This document shows, piece by piece, positions 32,874 through 45,700 of a DNA stretch of 64,000 nt. The DNA comes from Utricularia gibba. Taxonomy: Eukaryota > Plantae > Magnoliophyta. Location of the stretch: positions 248,001 to 312,000 of the forward strand of contig NEEC01000002.1 of the NCBI GenBank assembly GCA_002189035.1. The letters are read 5' to 3'. The notes beneath the pieces are model-generated. The model had not been told where the DNA came from. It searched no databases and was given only the letters and a program-made list of their open reading frames with translations. The stretch's first letter is position 1. Every line of letters starts with the position of its first letter. The translations under genes were made by a program, and so were the position numbers.

Positions 32874-35747
32874 GGATCTATTATTTCCTCTCCGGGTGAT
32901 TATCATGAGTTACCAACTCTCGGTTCTCCAGGAAACCATTATCATCGTGGATTCCACAGCTCTGCATATAATGTTTCAAATGGAATCTATAATCAGAATG
33001 GTTTTCAGCTCCAGGATCTGTCCACATGCACAGGATTTGACAAGAAGACGCAGGTTTACGGTCAGGAATAGACCGCACCACATGATGGTCTTTTTATGGA
33101 AGGAGATCCTTTGAAAAATCGAAGAATCAAAGCCTCCATATTGGTAAGCACTATTTCAGCCAGCGTTACAATACAGCTGTCGTGATATGTAGTCATTTTT
33201 TCACCATCCTAGCAACTGCGAGAACCGGATCTCTGGTTCTTGCGCAAATATGTATTTACTATTCATGTTATTATGATATCTATTTCCGTAGGCTTCCATG
33301 CTTCTTGATTGTTTTCCGCACACACAAAACGCAGGAGATGTAGACGTGATACATAGTCATAAATGAGAGTCTCAACTCAATCGAACTCTTGGTTACAGGG
33401 AAAGCCTGTAAGATGGAGTACCGAAACTGTCTGTCTTCCTCCAGGATGCTGTGGAATGCGAGACTCTGGTGTTAGGTGCTAGAATTATTTGATGGGGCAT
33501 GTAAACTCAACACCCCCTTGTCTTCTTCCTCTTCCGGTGGCATGTTCCTGGGACGGAAGAAAAGCAGCTTTGTTGCATGATGTGAGTTGTCTCGTCGTTC
33601 ACGTGCTGAAATTAGAAGCCAATATCGTCACGTTTTTCATCCTACCCAAGTTGGGGAGATGTGATGGACACGGATGAAGACACGGGGGAAGTCGGCAGCT
33701 GAGAGCTGTCTTAAACTGAGCAACTTGTTAGTTCTTGCTGACCAACAGCGAACCCCCACGCGCCACGCCGTCTGCACGCGTTACTCTTACTCCATAACCC
33801 CTTGACTTTTGTAATGACTCAAATTAAAAAAAAATGTTGTGTTTAGAATCCGATTTCAACATCAAAATAATAATACATCAGTTTAATTTGAGAATTTATT
33901 AAATTTGAATTTGGTCAATTAGAAAATTAATTCCCATTCACTGACCAAATGAATGATCAAACCGATTAAAATTTAAATATTTAATTCAGAATTAAATATT
34001 GTATTGTAAAAAACTTAAAATAATTCTGAATTAAACCATTTTTATAATATACTGAATCGTGTTAAATTTATTAAATTTCAGATTTTTTTTTGAAAAAAAA
34101 TTTATATTTCGAGTTCAAATTTGAAATTGAAAATATTATTATGTCAATGTATTCTTATTATCCATGATGCAAGTTGACAAAAATGAGCCCTGCCCGGGGC
34201 ACATCAAGATATGCCCTACTTGCACTTTGTCTAAAGTCAACTTGCACTTGCCACGAAATTAATTAAGGCATCGACGACATATTCAATAATCCAAGGTTAG
34301 ATGACGACACATGGGCATGTCGTTTCGGTTTCTAATTGAAGTAGCCATTTTTTGTGCCGAATTGGAATGGGGATTTTCGTGTTGTGTGTCCGAATGGAAA
34401 GTATTATTGCATGCAGATGATATTCGTGTAGTTTAATGTTAATATATGAGAATGGTCAACTTGAGAAAGTGTACGGTTAGAATGGCGAAGTTTAGTAACG
34501 CGGAGGGCACCATGGCAAGAACACGGACCGGAACAGCCTTAAATGCGGCCGCCTGCCTGTACTCCTCTCGTACAAGTTGTATCTAATTTTGGGTGTCTTC
34601 CCAGACCGCCATAATTTTCTCTGCAACGAATGCTGGGGTTGCTGTATGGGGTTTCGAGAAAAACTGAGACTCTTTGTTTTTGTGCGGCAGTGGTGTGAAG
34701 ATGACTGACTGTTACTAATTGGTGCTGCTCCGGTCTTCATTTACTTCCAAAAGGATCCGCATCCACGTTTACTGTACCACTGTGATAGTAAGAGAAAATA
34801 CTGGGTTTTTGTTGTCTTTTTGTGTGGTGTTTGGTTAGGGAACCAACACTTCTCACCTTCCTCGCACATGAGTCCTTATCCCGGCCTAAATGATCAAAGC
34901 TCCTTCATTTGGGATTGGGACAAAACAACCTGTAGAATATACGGCTTCCCTGTCTTTAGCTTAGCCTACCCCTCCCTCCCCTATACCTCCATCCATTTTT
35001 TCTAAGCAGTTATTGTCTGTTTTCTCTCTCTCGTCCTCTCTCTCTCCTTGACTCTACTCTCGCTTCTGCTCCTGGGAGATGCAGCAATAATTCTGTTGCC
35101 GAGGTGAAAATCTAGCAATCAAGGAGGGAATCATCATCTCCTCTTTTCTTGATTCTCTTCTCTTCTTATTTATCTTTTGTTTTGTCGTTTTTTCACCTGC
35201 TTGTTTTGACTTTCTTTCTCCATCTGCTGTTTGAAGCTGAAAACTTTTCTGTTAAAGGGGTGTTGTTGGCTTCAGGGCGTGTGAGTGTTTCGTCTCTTCT
35301 CCATATCCTTTCCCTCTGGATTGATTCCCACATATTTTCGGTGTATGTTTGATGGCCTGTTGAAAGACTTGAATTGATCTTCAAATTGTTAATACAACAG
35401 CAAGCGTGCAATTTAGATGCCATGAGTTTTTATTCAAGCGGCCTTGTTTCATATTTTCACCGGTTACTCAGATCTGGTTCTCGTGATGCTTTTGCTGCCA
35501 GTTAAAAGTTATGGTGCCTGGACTGCTTTTTTACTGTTAGCCGTGATCCCTTTTTTTATCAGCCTTTCCTTTAAAGTCCATTTGCTATTCCTGATGTTGA
35601 TGTTTACAAACTTTTGATTGATGCTACTCATTCTTGCTTGATCATCGTCCCTGTTTTCTTCACAGGTTTGGATGAGTTGCCTGATTTCTGGCTGATCACA
35701 GAGGACTCCGGGAGTTCTGGTTAATCCATCTCTGTTTCTGAAAGGAT

Positions 35748-37438
35748 ATGATGCCGTTTGATGACATGGGGTTCTGTGGGGACTTCCATTTCTTTGATTC
35801 TTCCCCCATCGAGGAGACTTACGTCTCTGCTCCGAAGCCCACCCGGCCGGAGTTGATGGTGGAGGAGGACTACAGCGATGAGGAGATCGATGTGGATGAA
35901 CTGGAGAGAAGAGTGTGGAGGGACAGGATGCGGCTGAAGAGGTTGAAGGAAATGAATAAGGCTAAGGAAGGTTCTGTGGATGTTACAAAACATCGGCAGT
36001 CGCAGGAGCAGGCGAGGAGGAAGAAGATGTCGAGAGCGCAAGATGGTATCCTGAAATACATGTTGAAGATGATGGAAGTATGCAAAGCTCAAGGCTTTGT
36101 CTACGGCATTATACCGGAGAACGGGAAGCCTGTCAGTGGGGCGTCTGATAATCTGAGGGAGTGGTGGAAGGAGAAGGTGAGATTCGATCGGAACGGTCCG
36201 GCGGCGATATCAAAATACCAAGCAGATCATTCAATCCCTGGAACCAACATTGCCTCTAGTCTTGGTGCTCCTACACCACACACCTTGCAGGAGCTTCAGG
36301 ACACTACTCTTGGATCCCTGTTGTCTGCTCTGATGCAGCATTGTGACCCCCCTCAACGCAGGTTCCCGTTAGAGAAGGGGATTCCGCCGCCGTGGTGGCC
36401 GAGTGGGAGCGAGGACTGGTGGCCGCAGCTGGGGCTGCAGGGGGATCACGGCCCTCCACCGTATAAGAAGCCGCATGATCTAAAAAAGGCATGGAAAGTT
36501 GGTGTTTTAACGGCAGTTATCAAGCATATGTCGCCGGATATATCCAAGATTCGGAAGCTTGTAAGACAGTCCAAGTGTTTGCAGGATAAAATGACAGCAA
36601 AGGAGAGCGCAACATGGCTGGCCATCATCAACCAGGAGGAAGCCGTGGCTCGAGAACTCTACCCGGATCGGTGCAGCGCCTTTTCCTTGTCTAGTGGCGG
36701 CGGCGGCGGCAACGGTGGCCTTGCTCTGAATGACACCAGTGGGTATGATGTTGAGGGCGCTTGTGAGGAGTCCAAGCTTGATGTGCAAGAGCGGAAGCCA
36801 CATCCAGTGATTCCTGGAATGATCACCAAATCGGAGTTGTCCCGTAAGCGAAAGCAGGAAAACAGTGAGATCAATGCGACGATGGAGAACAAGTACACCT
36901 GCGGCTACCAACACTGCCCCCACAGCCAAATCCGGCTTGGTTTCCATGACAGAACCTCAAGAGACGGCCATCAGCTCTCCTGTCCCTTCCGGCACGACTT
37001 CAGAACATCCGATGTCGACATCAACGACGTTAAGCCGCTCGTCTTCCCTTTATCCTTCGTCCACAGCAAACCGCCCTCCGCCTCGTTTGATCTCACCGGT
37101 CTCGGAGTTCCGGAAGACGGCCACAAAATGATCAACAATCTCATGTCCCTCTACGACACAGATGTAGAAAGAGCCCCGAAGCTTCCGCCATAGCCACAAA
37201 GGACCAGGAAACAACCTTCCACTGTCATCAAGGAGGAGGATACCTTCAGAGCCAACCAATTTTGCTGGATGGCAACAATAACAACAATCACCCCGCTTTC
37301 AACGCATCCATCGCATTGCCTCAGCCTTTCAACTCCAGCCTCCAGCTGATGTTCAGCTCCCCCTTCGACGTCTCGCCGATGGATTACACGAACACCCTCA
37401 CCGGAGCTCCCACGAAAGACGTTGCTATCTGGTACTGA
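35748..37438 (+). CDS. EIN3: ETHYLENE INSENSITIVE 3 / EIL transcription factor; apparent 1-bp frameshift at about 37168-37177 hides the true C-terminus
   Basis: [95 protein letters not shown] shifted frame continues to ...[13 protein letters not shown]...KDVAIWY* (TGA 37436-37438), the EIN3-type C-terminus. The 5' UTR intron lies upstream. Confidence 0.92.
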
Positions 37439-37949
37439 GAGATCTCCACAGAACGGTGCCGGGGGCTTGCCTGATCATGCAAACCACCCCCCACGTTCCG
37501 TAAGTATAGCTATAGGCGCTAAGAGCGTTGCCATGGTTAGAAATAATCTTGCGGGAGGACTCCATGGAGCTCCTTCCTGGACACATATCAACTACCATAT
37601 GCTTTTTCTTTTGCAGTGGAGTCACTACTTTCTAGTTCAACTTCTTCGTTTTAGGCAACCCTTCCCAAAAGGAAAAAAGAAAAAGGTGAAAGGGGGTTAT
37701 CTTCAAACGTTGTTCTCTAAGGGCAATTCGGTCATTTCACACACATGCATTTTTAAAAACCAAAATTCCAAGAAAATAATCAAAATTCAAAATCTCCAAT
37801 CATAGAATTTTCATTGTAGAAATATAATAAATAAATAAATAACACTGTAAAACGTAGTTTTCAAATATGGCAAGATTACAAGGCGTTGGGAGGCATCTGG
37901 AGTTACAGTAGAATTTGAGACGAAAATGCCGACAGGATCGGCTTACTCA

Positions 37950-39147
37950 TCACGATCCGCCTTGTTTCTCGAGCTTGTTCAATCGGAATATAGCGAGATT
38001 TGCATCCCCTGATGAAGAGGGAATTGGAGTAGCCTCAGCAATCTCTCTATCTGTCTAATCAGCAAGTTGTGGGCTTACCGAATGTGATCAGATCTCCCGG
38101 TGATGCGGCCGAGGGTACTCCCGGTGGGAGGCGCTTGTCGCCGATGAAGGTGCCATTTGTGCTGTCAAGATCTGTGACCAAAAGGGTCCCCTCGGATCTC
38201 TCTATCCGGGCATGTAAACCAGAAACTGCACAACTGGATGAATGAATCGTGGTCTTCATATTTGAAGCATTCTTAGGCAGCTCAAATGATGGATTCCAGT
38301 TAAGAAAAACCAAGGAACTCTTTCGATATGTCTTCTCTATTTGAAAAGCATGCGCTAACTTAGATAAACACGTCTGAAAGTTGAATCTTTAGCAATTGAT
38401 AGCAAATACCCACAATAAAATCACTTGTTTTCCCCATCTGGCTATATGCATCAATATGAAAAGTGTGAGGAGTTTAAAGAACCCATTGAAAGAGCAAACA
38501 AAGGTGAGGGGTGACCTGTAGGTACTGCAATCACGACATCTGCCTTCTCAGGGGTACGCCCAATGGTGACTACATCCTACATGTTGCACGCACACTTTCA
38601 AGCCTCAAAACCGCAATTCTCCAAAGTAAACAATTCAATCTCACTCTGGAAAACTTACGGCAGCTATTTCGAATGCACCCGGCAACAAGATCTTGTATCC
38701 AATGTGCTTAAAATCACCATTTCCTGACAAGAGAAGTATCAGAGATGATGGATGTCTCATTGTACCAACAAAGCCACACAACAATTACAGCTTTCCGGAC
38801 CAGAATATTGGTTGCTTTATCAAAATCAGGCATATTCTGGAAAAAAAAGCATAAACACTTCACTAAACTCATGGTATACAGTAAAATGAAGCTCGCTAAC
38901 CTACGGGTTCAAGAACCCATCTGGGTAAAGCATCATCTGTTGCAACTGTGTCAATGGTTTCAGATACGGAAAGTTTTACAGCCCCAGAGTTTCTCCACTT
39001 TCCAGCCTCAAAATTCAGTTTTTTTGGCCGGTATCCATAACCCAGAAAAGCAACGGAGTTCCCTGAGAAATGAGAGCATTTTGCTGGAACAACAAGAGCC
39101 GGAAACGCGCATCTTGCCTCGGAACACTGAAGAAACTGGATACTCAT
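37950..39147 (-). CDS. Plastid-targeted FHA (SMAD/FHA) domain protein, similar to the zeaxanthin epoxidase C-terminal FHA; 5 exons
   Basis: RWVLEPVG|NGDFKHIGYKILLPGAFEIAA|DVVTIGRTPEKADVVIAVPT|VSGLHARIERSEGTLLVTDLDSTNGTFIG...GDLITF|GDANLAIFRLNKLEKQGGS*. FHA signatures GR, VSxxHA and STNGT are present. Confidence 0.88.
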
Positions 39148-39523
39148 TTCCGGGTATCAGAAATTTTTGAAGAGAACACAGATTTCTGGATAACGGAAAT
39201 CCTCTTCCTGGATGAGATTGATGGATCAGAAATGGGCCTACAGAAATTTGGGAATCATTACAAGAGCTTTCTGATCATCGATCCCCTACTACTTTCAGAC
39301 ACCGAATCCATTTTTGTTTATTCGAGGACATAAATTTTATTTTTAATAAAAGAATATTTAGTTGATTTAAAATCCTCATTATATACATTAATGATTCGAA
39401 TATTTTCACGCAATAAATATTGGCTAATTTAAAATACATTAAACTAAGTTTTAATCTTAACGGATACAAAATAACTAAAAAAAAAGAAAATAGAAACGCG
39501 TTAGGTTCTAAATCCTTGGGTTC

Positions 39524-39544
<21 letters not shown>
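39524..39544. repeat. (CT)n microsatellite at the start of the GAMYB leader
   Basis: Seen directly. CT-rich 5' UTRs are common in plant genes. Confidence 0.85.
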
Positions 39545-39558
<14 letters not shown>

Positions 39559-40404
39559 TTCATGTCGTTTTCGTCTGTTGTTCGCTGAGGTAAATGAATG
39601 CTTGCCGTCTCCTCCGAGAGTGTTCCTGCATTTCCCTACCATCTGGAAGTAAATTCAGCAGGTTTATTCATCTGTGCGGATTCTCCCATCTTATTCGTCT
39701 GACGCACAACGCAGCTTCATCTAATGTTTATGGTATTGTGTATTCGTGGTCGCGATCGTGATCTGGGTTCGGTTTTGTATAGACCAAGACCCTGATCTTT
39801 TTAGATCTTGAAAATTTTGGGTATCTGGTGGTGGATTTTAGGTGTGAGAAGGGGTCTGGATTTTTTCATCAAAAGCTGATTCGGGCCCTTCGTATAAAGG
39901 TAGTGAATCTGTTAGGAGCCTTTGAAATTGATGTTGGCTGATCTCAATTTGTGACTGAAATACATGTCGCTTTGTCAAATACGAGGTGATGTTCTGGGTA
40001 ATTGGAATTCATACTGTCCTCGATGAATAGACTATGCTTCCGAGTATGCAGTTTTAAATTAGCTTCTTTTTATGTCGTATGGTAGGATCAAGATATGCTG
40101 ATGTCTCCAGGGGGTAGGATCTCGACAGATTTGGTCAATTTAGAACTTTATTTTCAGTATTTCAAAGAGCACATCAAAGCTGTAGTTAAATGGGATTCTC
40201 TGTTGCGTATCCTTGGAGATTCTACCTTTGACTTAACTTCCCATCTTAGTGACAACTAACTTGATCAGATCTTCTTTTTTAAAAAAAAATTAAGTTTGTT
40301 TGTTGATGTCTATATTCGAATAATTCTTGTATGCTTTATACCTGTAAATGTTTGAGTTCATTCCCTTCCATGCAGTAACTGATCTTGGTCCGTATGATCA
40401 GGAA

Positions 40405-42207
40405 ATGAGCTTGACTAGTGAAAGTGATGAGGCAATGTTGCCCCATAATGGCATCGGTTCACCACCTGCTGATGATGATAACAGCGGTGGAAACGCGGGA
40501 TCCAACAGTTCAATGAAGAAAGGCCCATGGACATCTAGAGAAGATGAAGTTTTAATTGATTATGTTCAGAAGCATGGAGAAGGGAACTGGAACGCAGTTC
40601 AGAAGCACACTGGTCTCTCTCGCTGTGGAAAGAGCTGTCGACTGAGGTGGGCAAATCACCTTAGACCCGACCTCAAGAAAGGGCCATTCTCTTCGGAGGA
40701 GGAGCGCCAAATAATTGAGCTCCATGCAAAGATGGGAAATAAATGGGCTCGTATGGCAGTTGAGGTAGGATTTTTTTTTTGTTGTGTGTGAAATGGATAT
40801 ATTCATATGTGCACTATATTGGCAGTTTGAACACCATTAAGTTGCAAATTTACTGTCACTGAAAATGCTCATTTTCAAAAAATGTCTGCTTTTTTACTCT
40901 AGTTCTTTTGTTCTTGTTCATGTCGTCTCAACTGAAAATGGTGATCACAGTTTCTTCTGTCTATGTTGACTATCAAATGAAACAGGTTCTTTTTTGTGGT
41001 TCTTATTTTTCCCACATTTCTTTCACTCTTTTTTTTTTGTTTAGTTACCCGGGCGCACTGATAACGAGATAAAGAACTTCTGGAACACTCGGATCAAAAG
41101 AAGACAAAGAGCTGGTTTGCCAATCTACCCAGTGGATATCTGTCCACAACTTAAAAGTGAGAATCTTCAACGTGATGAAATAGACTCATATTCAATGGGT
41201 GAAGTGCGCCCTCCAGATTTTGCGCCAGTTGAAGACTTTGATATTCCGCCAATAGGTTTCAAGAGTCCCAGCCAGCCTCTATATTCACCAACACATGATA
41301 TTTCCACTGTCAGCATGCCTGAGATTCCATCAAGTCTTATTCTTGCTCAAGACCCTCAGCCTTCTTACAGTGACAGATCCTTATGTTCGGCACTTCATTC
41401 TTCCAAGCCTCCCTGTGGATCTGAATTCTTGTTTGCAGACTATAACACTCCTATTGTTAGCTCTCTCACAGGTGCAAATCATCTCAACGGTGATGGTTCT
41501 TTGCAGATTGCTCGGTCTCTTGGATTCCCATCTTTCTATGAGCATAATTCTGTTTCAGACCAGGCAGTCTCTGCAGACCTATTTCCGGGCAACCATACCA
41601 TCTTAACGAGCACCTCTGAGCTCCCTTCACTCCAAAACCAAGCGGGTGGTTGGGGCGTACTCCCGCCCTCCTTCCCACCGCCCGTTGTTGATGATATTTT
41701 AATCCAACCTACTGAGGCTGAGAACACATGTATGTTTTCACCACGTAACAGTGGGCTGCTGGATAATGTCCTTTATGAATCAGAAATAAAGAAATTCAAT
41801 GCCAATACCTTCCTCTACCCTGAAACTTCTCATGGCCCTGCAATGGCACCTTATGCAGTGAATGATTCAACTCAAGATCCCCACGAGAACATGTGGGGGT
41901 ACGATGATCAGTTCTCTCCTTTAGGGCACTCATCTTCATCAGTTTTCTGTGATGGCTCTCCATTTAGTGCCAACTCATTTGAGGAACTCCAATCTGCAAA
42001 TGGATTTCCAGGTTCAGCTTGATATCCCTGTGCAGTCTTGATAAATGTTTCTGATTGTTGCTCATCTCTGAAACTCTGCTTCTTCTTTTGGGCTACTTAG
42101 AACAGGTGATCATTCCAGAACTTATTATTCCTAATGCTATCCTTGAAGAAGGCACAAGAGATGCAGGTGCCAATGGAAATATGATGATGACAAGCTCTAC
42201 CTACTGA
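40405..42207 (+). CDS. GAMYB: GAMYB-like R2R3-MYB (MYB33/65/101 clade); last exon frame uncertain
   Basis: R2R3 repeats [13 protein letters not shown]...[20 protein letters not shown]...[29 protein letters not shown] (box 1), SELPSLQ (box 2), [10 protein letters not shown]. Exons 40405-40764, 41045-42011, about 42101-42207. Confidence 0.9.
41616..41636 (+). promoter_or_regulatory. miR159/miR319 target site in the GAMYB coding sequence
   Basis: CTGAGCTCCCTTCACTCCAAA versus the perfect miR159a complement TAGAGCTCCCTTCAATCCAAA. Mismatches fall at the two positions pairing the miRNA 3' end and at the single internal position typical of GAMYBs. Confidence 0.9.
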
Positions 42208-42756
42208 TTTCCTAAGCACACAAGGGTGACTTCAAGATCTTTCCCGCCGCTGCCACGGTTGAATGTTGCGCTATGTGCATCCAGTTAGCTGATGCTCCAA
42301 CTGAAATCGCAAATCCAAGGCTGCTTTTTTAGATCCTGCTGTTGCTCATGCTGTGAACTTAATGCTGCTACTCTGTTTTATTGCTGCTCGGGATTCTGTT
42401 TGTGATGTTTGTTTGGTTCAGAAGCTTTTGTTATTATATTTTAATCAATATTTTAAAATTGTATTGAATGTTTTTAATGGGTTTGGATTAATTTTTTTTT
42501 CGTGTGTGTTAAATTTAATCATTTTATTATAAATATTATAAAAAAATAATTATGTAAATTTAATATTTTTAAAATTTTAATTTTTTTATTATAACTATTT
42601 GTAAACAATTTTGAGCCTAAGGATCGTTGACGGTCCAATTCGGACGGTGGAAGTAGGAGCCTCAGTTGAAGTTTGTCGTCGTACGGGGCGCTCCGTGCCC
42701 TGGCTTTCTCCCGATTCTTGGGTTTCTTGGGTTCGCAACGTGGTGAAGCGGAAAAG

Positions 42757-45700
42757 ATGATATCGTGCGATGAAGCATTGGATATTGTGCTCAGCACCGC
42801 CCAGAAGCTGCCGCCGGTGACGGTGCCGCTCAGGGAAGTGTTGGGTAAGGTTCTGGCTGAAGACGTCATCGCTCCTGACCCACTTCCGCCGTACCCTGCT
42901 TCAGTTAAGGTCGTGTGGTGTTTCTGAGAACTCATGTTTTGTGAGCCAATGGATCCCCTACGTCCATAATTACATATTAATTCCGGTGATTATTCTATTT
43001 GCATGGCTTCTTACTACATCATGGCAGTTATGAATTAATTCTGTGATCTGATGCACGGAGGGGTAAAGCTGATAAGAGTTACAAATACGAATGCAGTTTA
43101 GAAGTAATGCCATTATAGCTTTTTAGTGATGAACCCAAGTTTCTTGCTTCTCTAGGACGGATATGCAGTGGTTTCCTCCGATGGTCCTGGTGAGTACAGA
43201 GTAATTGCTGAATCGAGGGCAGGAAATAATGGAGCCGACTCTACTGTTACACCAGGAACAGTTGCCTATGTCACAACTGGGGGTGAGCAAGTTTTCTCAT
43301 GGAAAAATGTATATAAGCAGGCTTTTGATAAAGCCTCATTGAGTGGTACTTTTAAGTTAAAGGATAATGGTGCTCTCTTCTTCCTTCAGCACCGATACCA
43401 CAGGGTGCTGATGCCGTAGTACAGGTGGAGGATACAGCTCTAGTAGAGAGTGCAGCTCTTGGTACCAAGTGTGTGCGTATATTGAAGCATGTTGCTCAAG
43501 GACATGATATTAGGCCTGAGGTGTGACCCTAAAGTTTTCCCACTCCGGATACTCTGGATTTATTCCTTAGTAATAATGCATATTTCAATGAGCATGCATC
43601 ATAGATACTTAAGCTTCGGTGAACATCGTATATTGACTAGTTACTACCCTTATGAAAGTAACGTTAGCTTACTTTTTCTTGTCATACCATTCTCCAGCTT
43701 CTTATAAATATTTGCAGGGTTTTGACATTGGAAAAGGAGATATAGTACTAAAAACTGGAGAGCGTATTGGTGCTGCTGAAGTTGGTTTACTTGCCACAGT
43801 AGGCATGTCCACTGTGAAGGTTCGCATTTTTAGTATAGCAACCGAATAATGTATCCTCAAATGTTTTTTTTCAGTCAATTTAAAGTTATCCATTATTTTC
43901 ATAAATGTTTACAACTTTGTCACGGTCATCTGAAGTCCATATTCGCATTACAATGACTAGGTATGCCCTACACCGAGAATTGCTGTGCTTTCAACAGGTG
44001 ATGAGCTCGTTGAGCCAGATATGAGCCGCTTAGCTCCTGGAAAGGTAAGTGGTTGCATATGTGCAAAACATATTGTTGTAAATTTCACTGGTTAGTATTG
44101 GATTTTTTTAGTTGACCTAGAGTGCAAAAAATGTCCTGCCATGCGATTTTACTTTTCTTTTCTCTCTTTTTTTTTTTTTTTTTTGCAGATTAGAGACTCT
44201 AACCGTGCAATGCTCCTTGCTGCTACGCAGCAGCAGCTATGTGAAGTTGTTGATCTTGGCATTGTTAATGATGATGAACAAGAAATTGAAAAGGCTTTGG
44301 ATAAAGCTCTTTCAAGTGGGGTAGATATCATTTTAATTTCTGGAGGAGTTTCAATGGGTGACAGGGATTATGTTAAGCCATTACTTGAAAGACGAGGAAA
44401 GCTGTGTTTTGATAAGGTTAGTTTCTGGAATTGAATGCTCGACAGCAGTGTTTAGAAATTAAAACGGTTAGGCTTTTTCACATATTTTGTGTGGTTGGTG
44501 CGAATGATTGCATTTACAAGGCGACTTTCTGCATTTTCTCGAATGCAGGTGTGCATGAAGCCAGGAAAGCCTGTTACCTTTTCTGAAATCACATCAAGAA
44601 CATCCGATAACAGCACTGTGAATAAGATTCTGGCATTTGGATTGCCTGGGAATCCAGTGAGCTGCTTAGTCTGTTTTTATATCTTTGTTGTTCCAGCAAT
44701 TCGACTACTTTCAGGATGGGCTCAGCCGCGCCTGCCTAGGTTTCTTAAGATTGCAAAAATCCTTTTTTTTCTCTCCTCTTGCAAACTCCTTTTCTCCATC
44801 AACATTGTACTGTTTTTTGCGATCTGTTTATTTCTCATGTGTGTTGATCAGAGTACAAGCCCGTCTTAAGCACTCCATAAAAGCTGATCAGACCCGTCAA
44901 GAGTTTCACCGCGCCTTTATTTGGTGGGAAAATGATGCAGAAAATCCAGGGTAATGTCTACCAATGATTTCCTTTGTTGTTGATGCGAGTTCTAAAATTT
45001 GAAAGTGATGCAAATAAGAAAAATTTAAGTGTGTCTCATTGAGTACAAGTGAAAATATTTTTTAAATGTTATCCTCTTAACTATGTTGCCGAGTGGTTTT
45101 CAGTTTATCTTTTACAAATTGCTAAGGGATTTCTGGGTACCTTAACTCTATATTCCTTTTTACGCCATAGCAGTTTTGTTGCTGAGAGCACTGGACAACA
45201 ACTGAGTAGTCGACTATTGAGTATGAAGTCTGCAAATGCACTTTTAGAAATTCCGCCCACAGGTGGCCTGATTCCAGCAGGGACTCCTGCCACAGCAATT
45301 ATCATTTCGAATTTAGATGGTTTTGGGACTTCAAAATCATCGTTCTCCAATCTCGTCTCTGTGACTGATGGACAGACTGGAATGCATAATGTGACTTCAG
45401 AAACATATGAATCCAGGGTAGCTATTCTTACTGTAAGTGACACAGTTGCATCAGGGGCTGGGCCCGATCGAAGGTACTTTTATCTTCAGTCGTTTGAACC
45501 TAGTGGTGAGGTTTCCTTTTTCATGATTACAGATTAATGTGTCTCATGCTTGGATCCCAAAAATCTGCATACTCCGCTATTTCTTTAATTTTTTCATCAT
45601 GCATCTTTTGTGCCTAGATAAGTAATATTTAATATTAATGTTAGTGTTCCTTGCTTAGAATGTGAGATTACAAGGTTTATAAAGTTTTCGGGGACAAACT

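Noticed and set aside
33830-34150. Very AT-rich spacers (also 22400-22620, 29330-29830, 60180-60550, 61400-61700) as MITEs
   Set aside because: I could not identify clear terminal inverted repeats or target-site duplications by eye. They are consistent with ordinary intergenic AT-rich DNA.
35721-36947. Long antisense ORFs over EIN3, and similar ones over OEP61, LRP1, CNX1 and PsbTn
   Set aside because: These are shadow frames of GC-rich coding exons with no recognisable motifs.
45049-45537. 162-aa ORF as a separate gene
   Set aside because: It is a CNX1 exon (FVAESTG…GAGPDR) plus flanking intron read-through.
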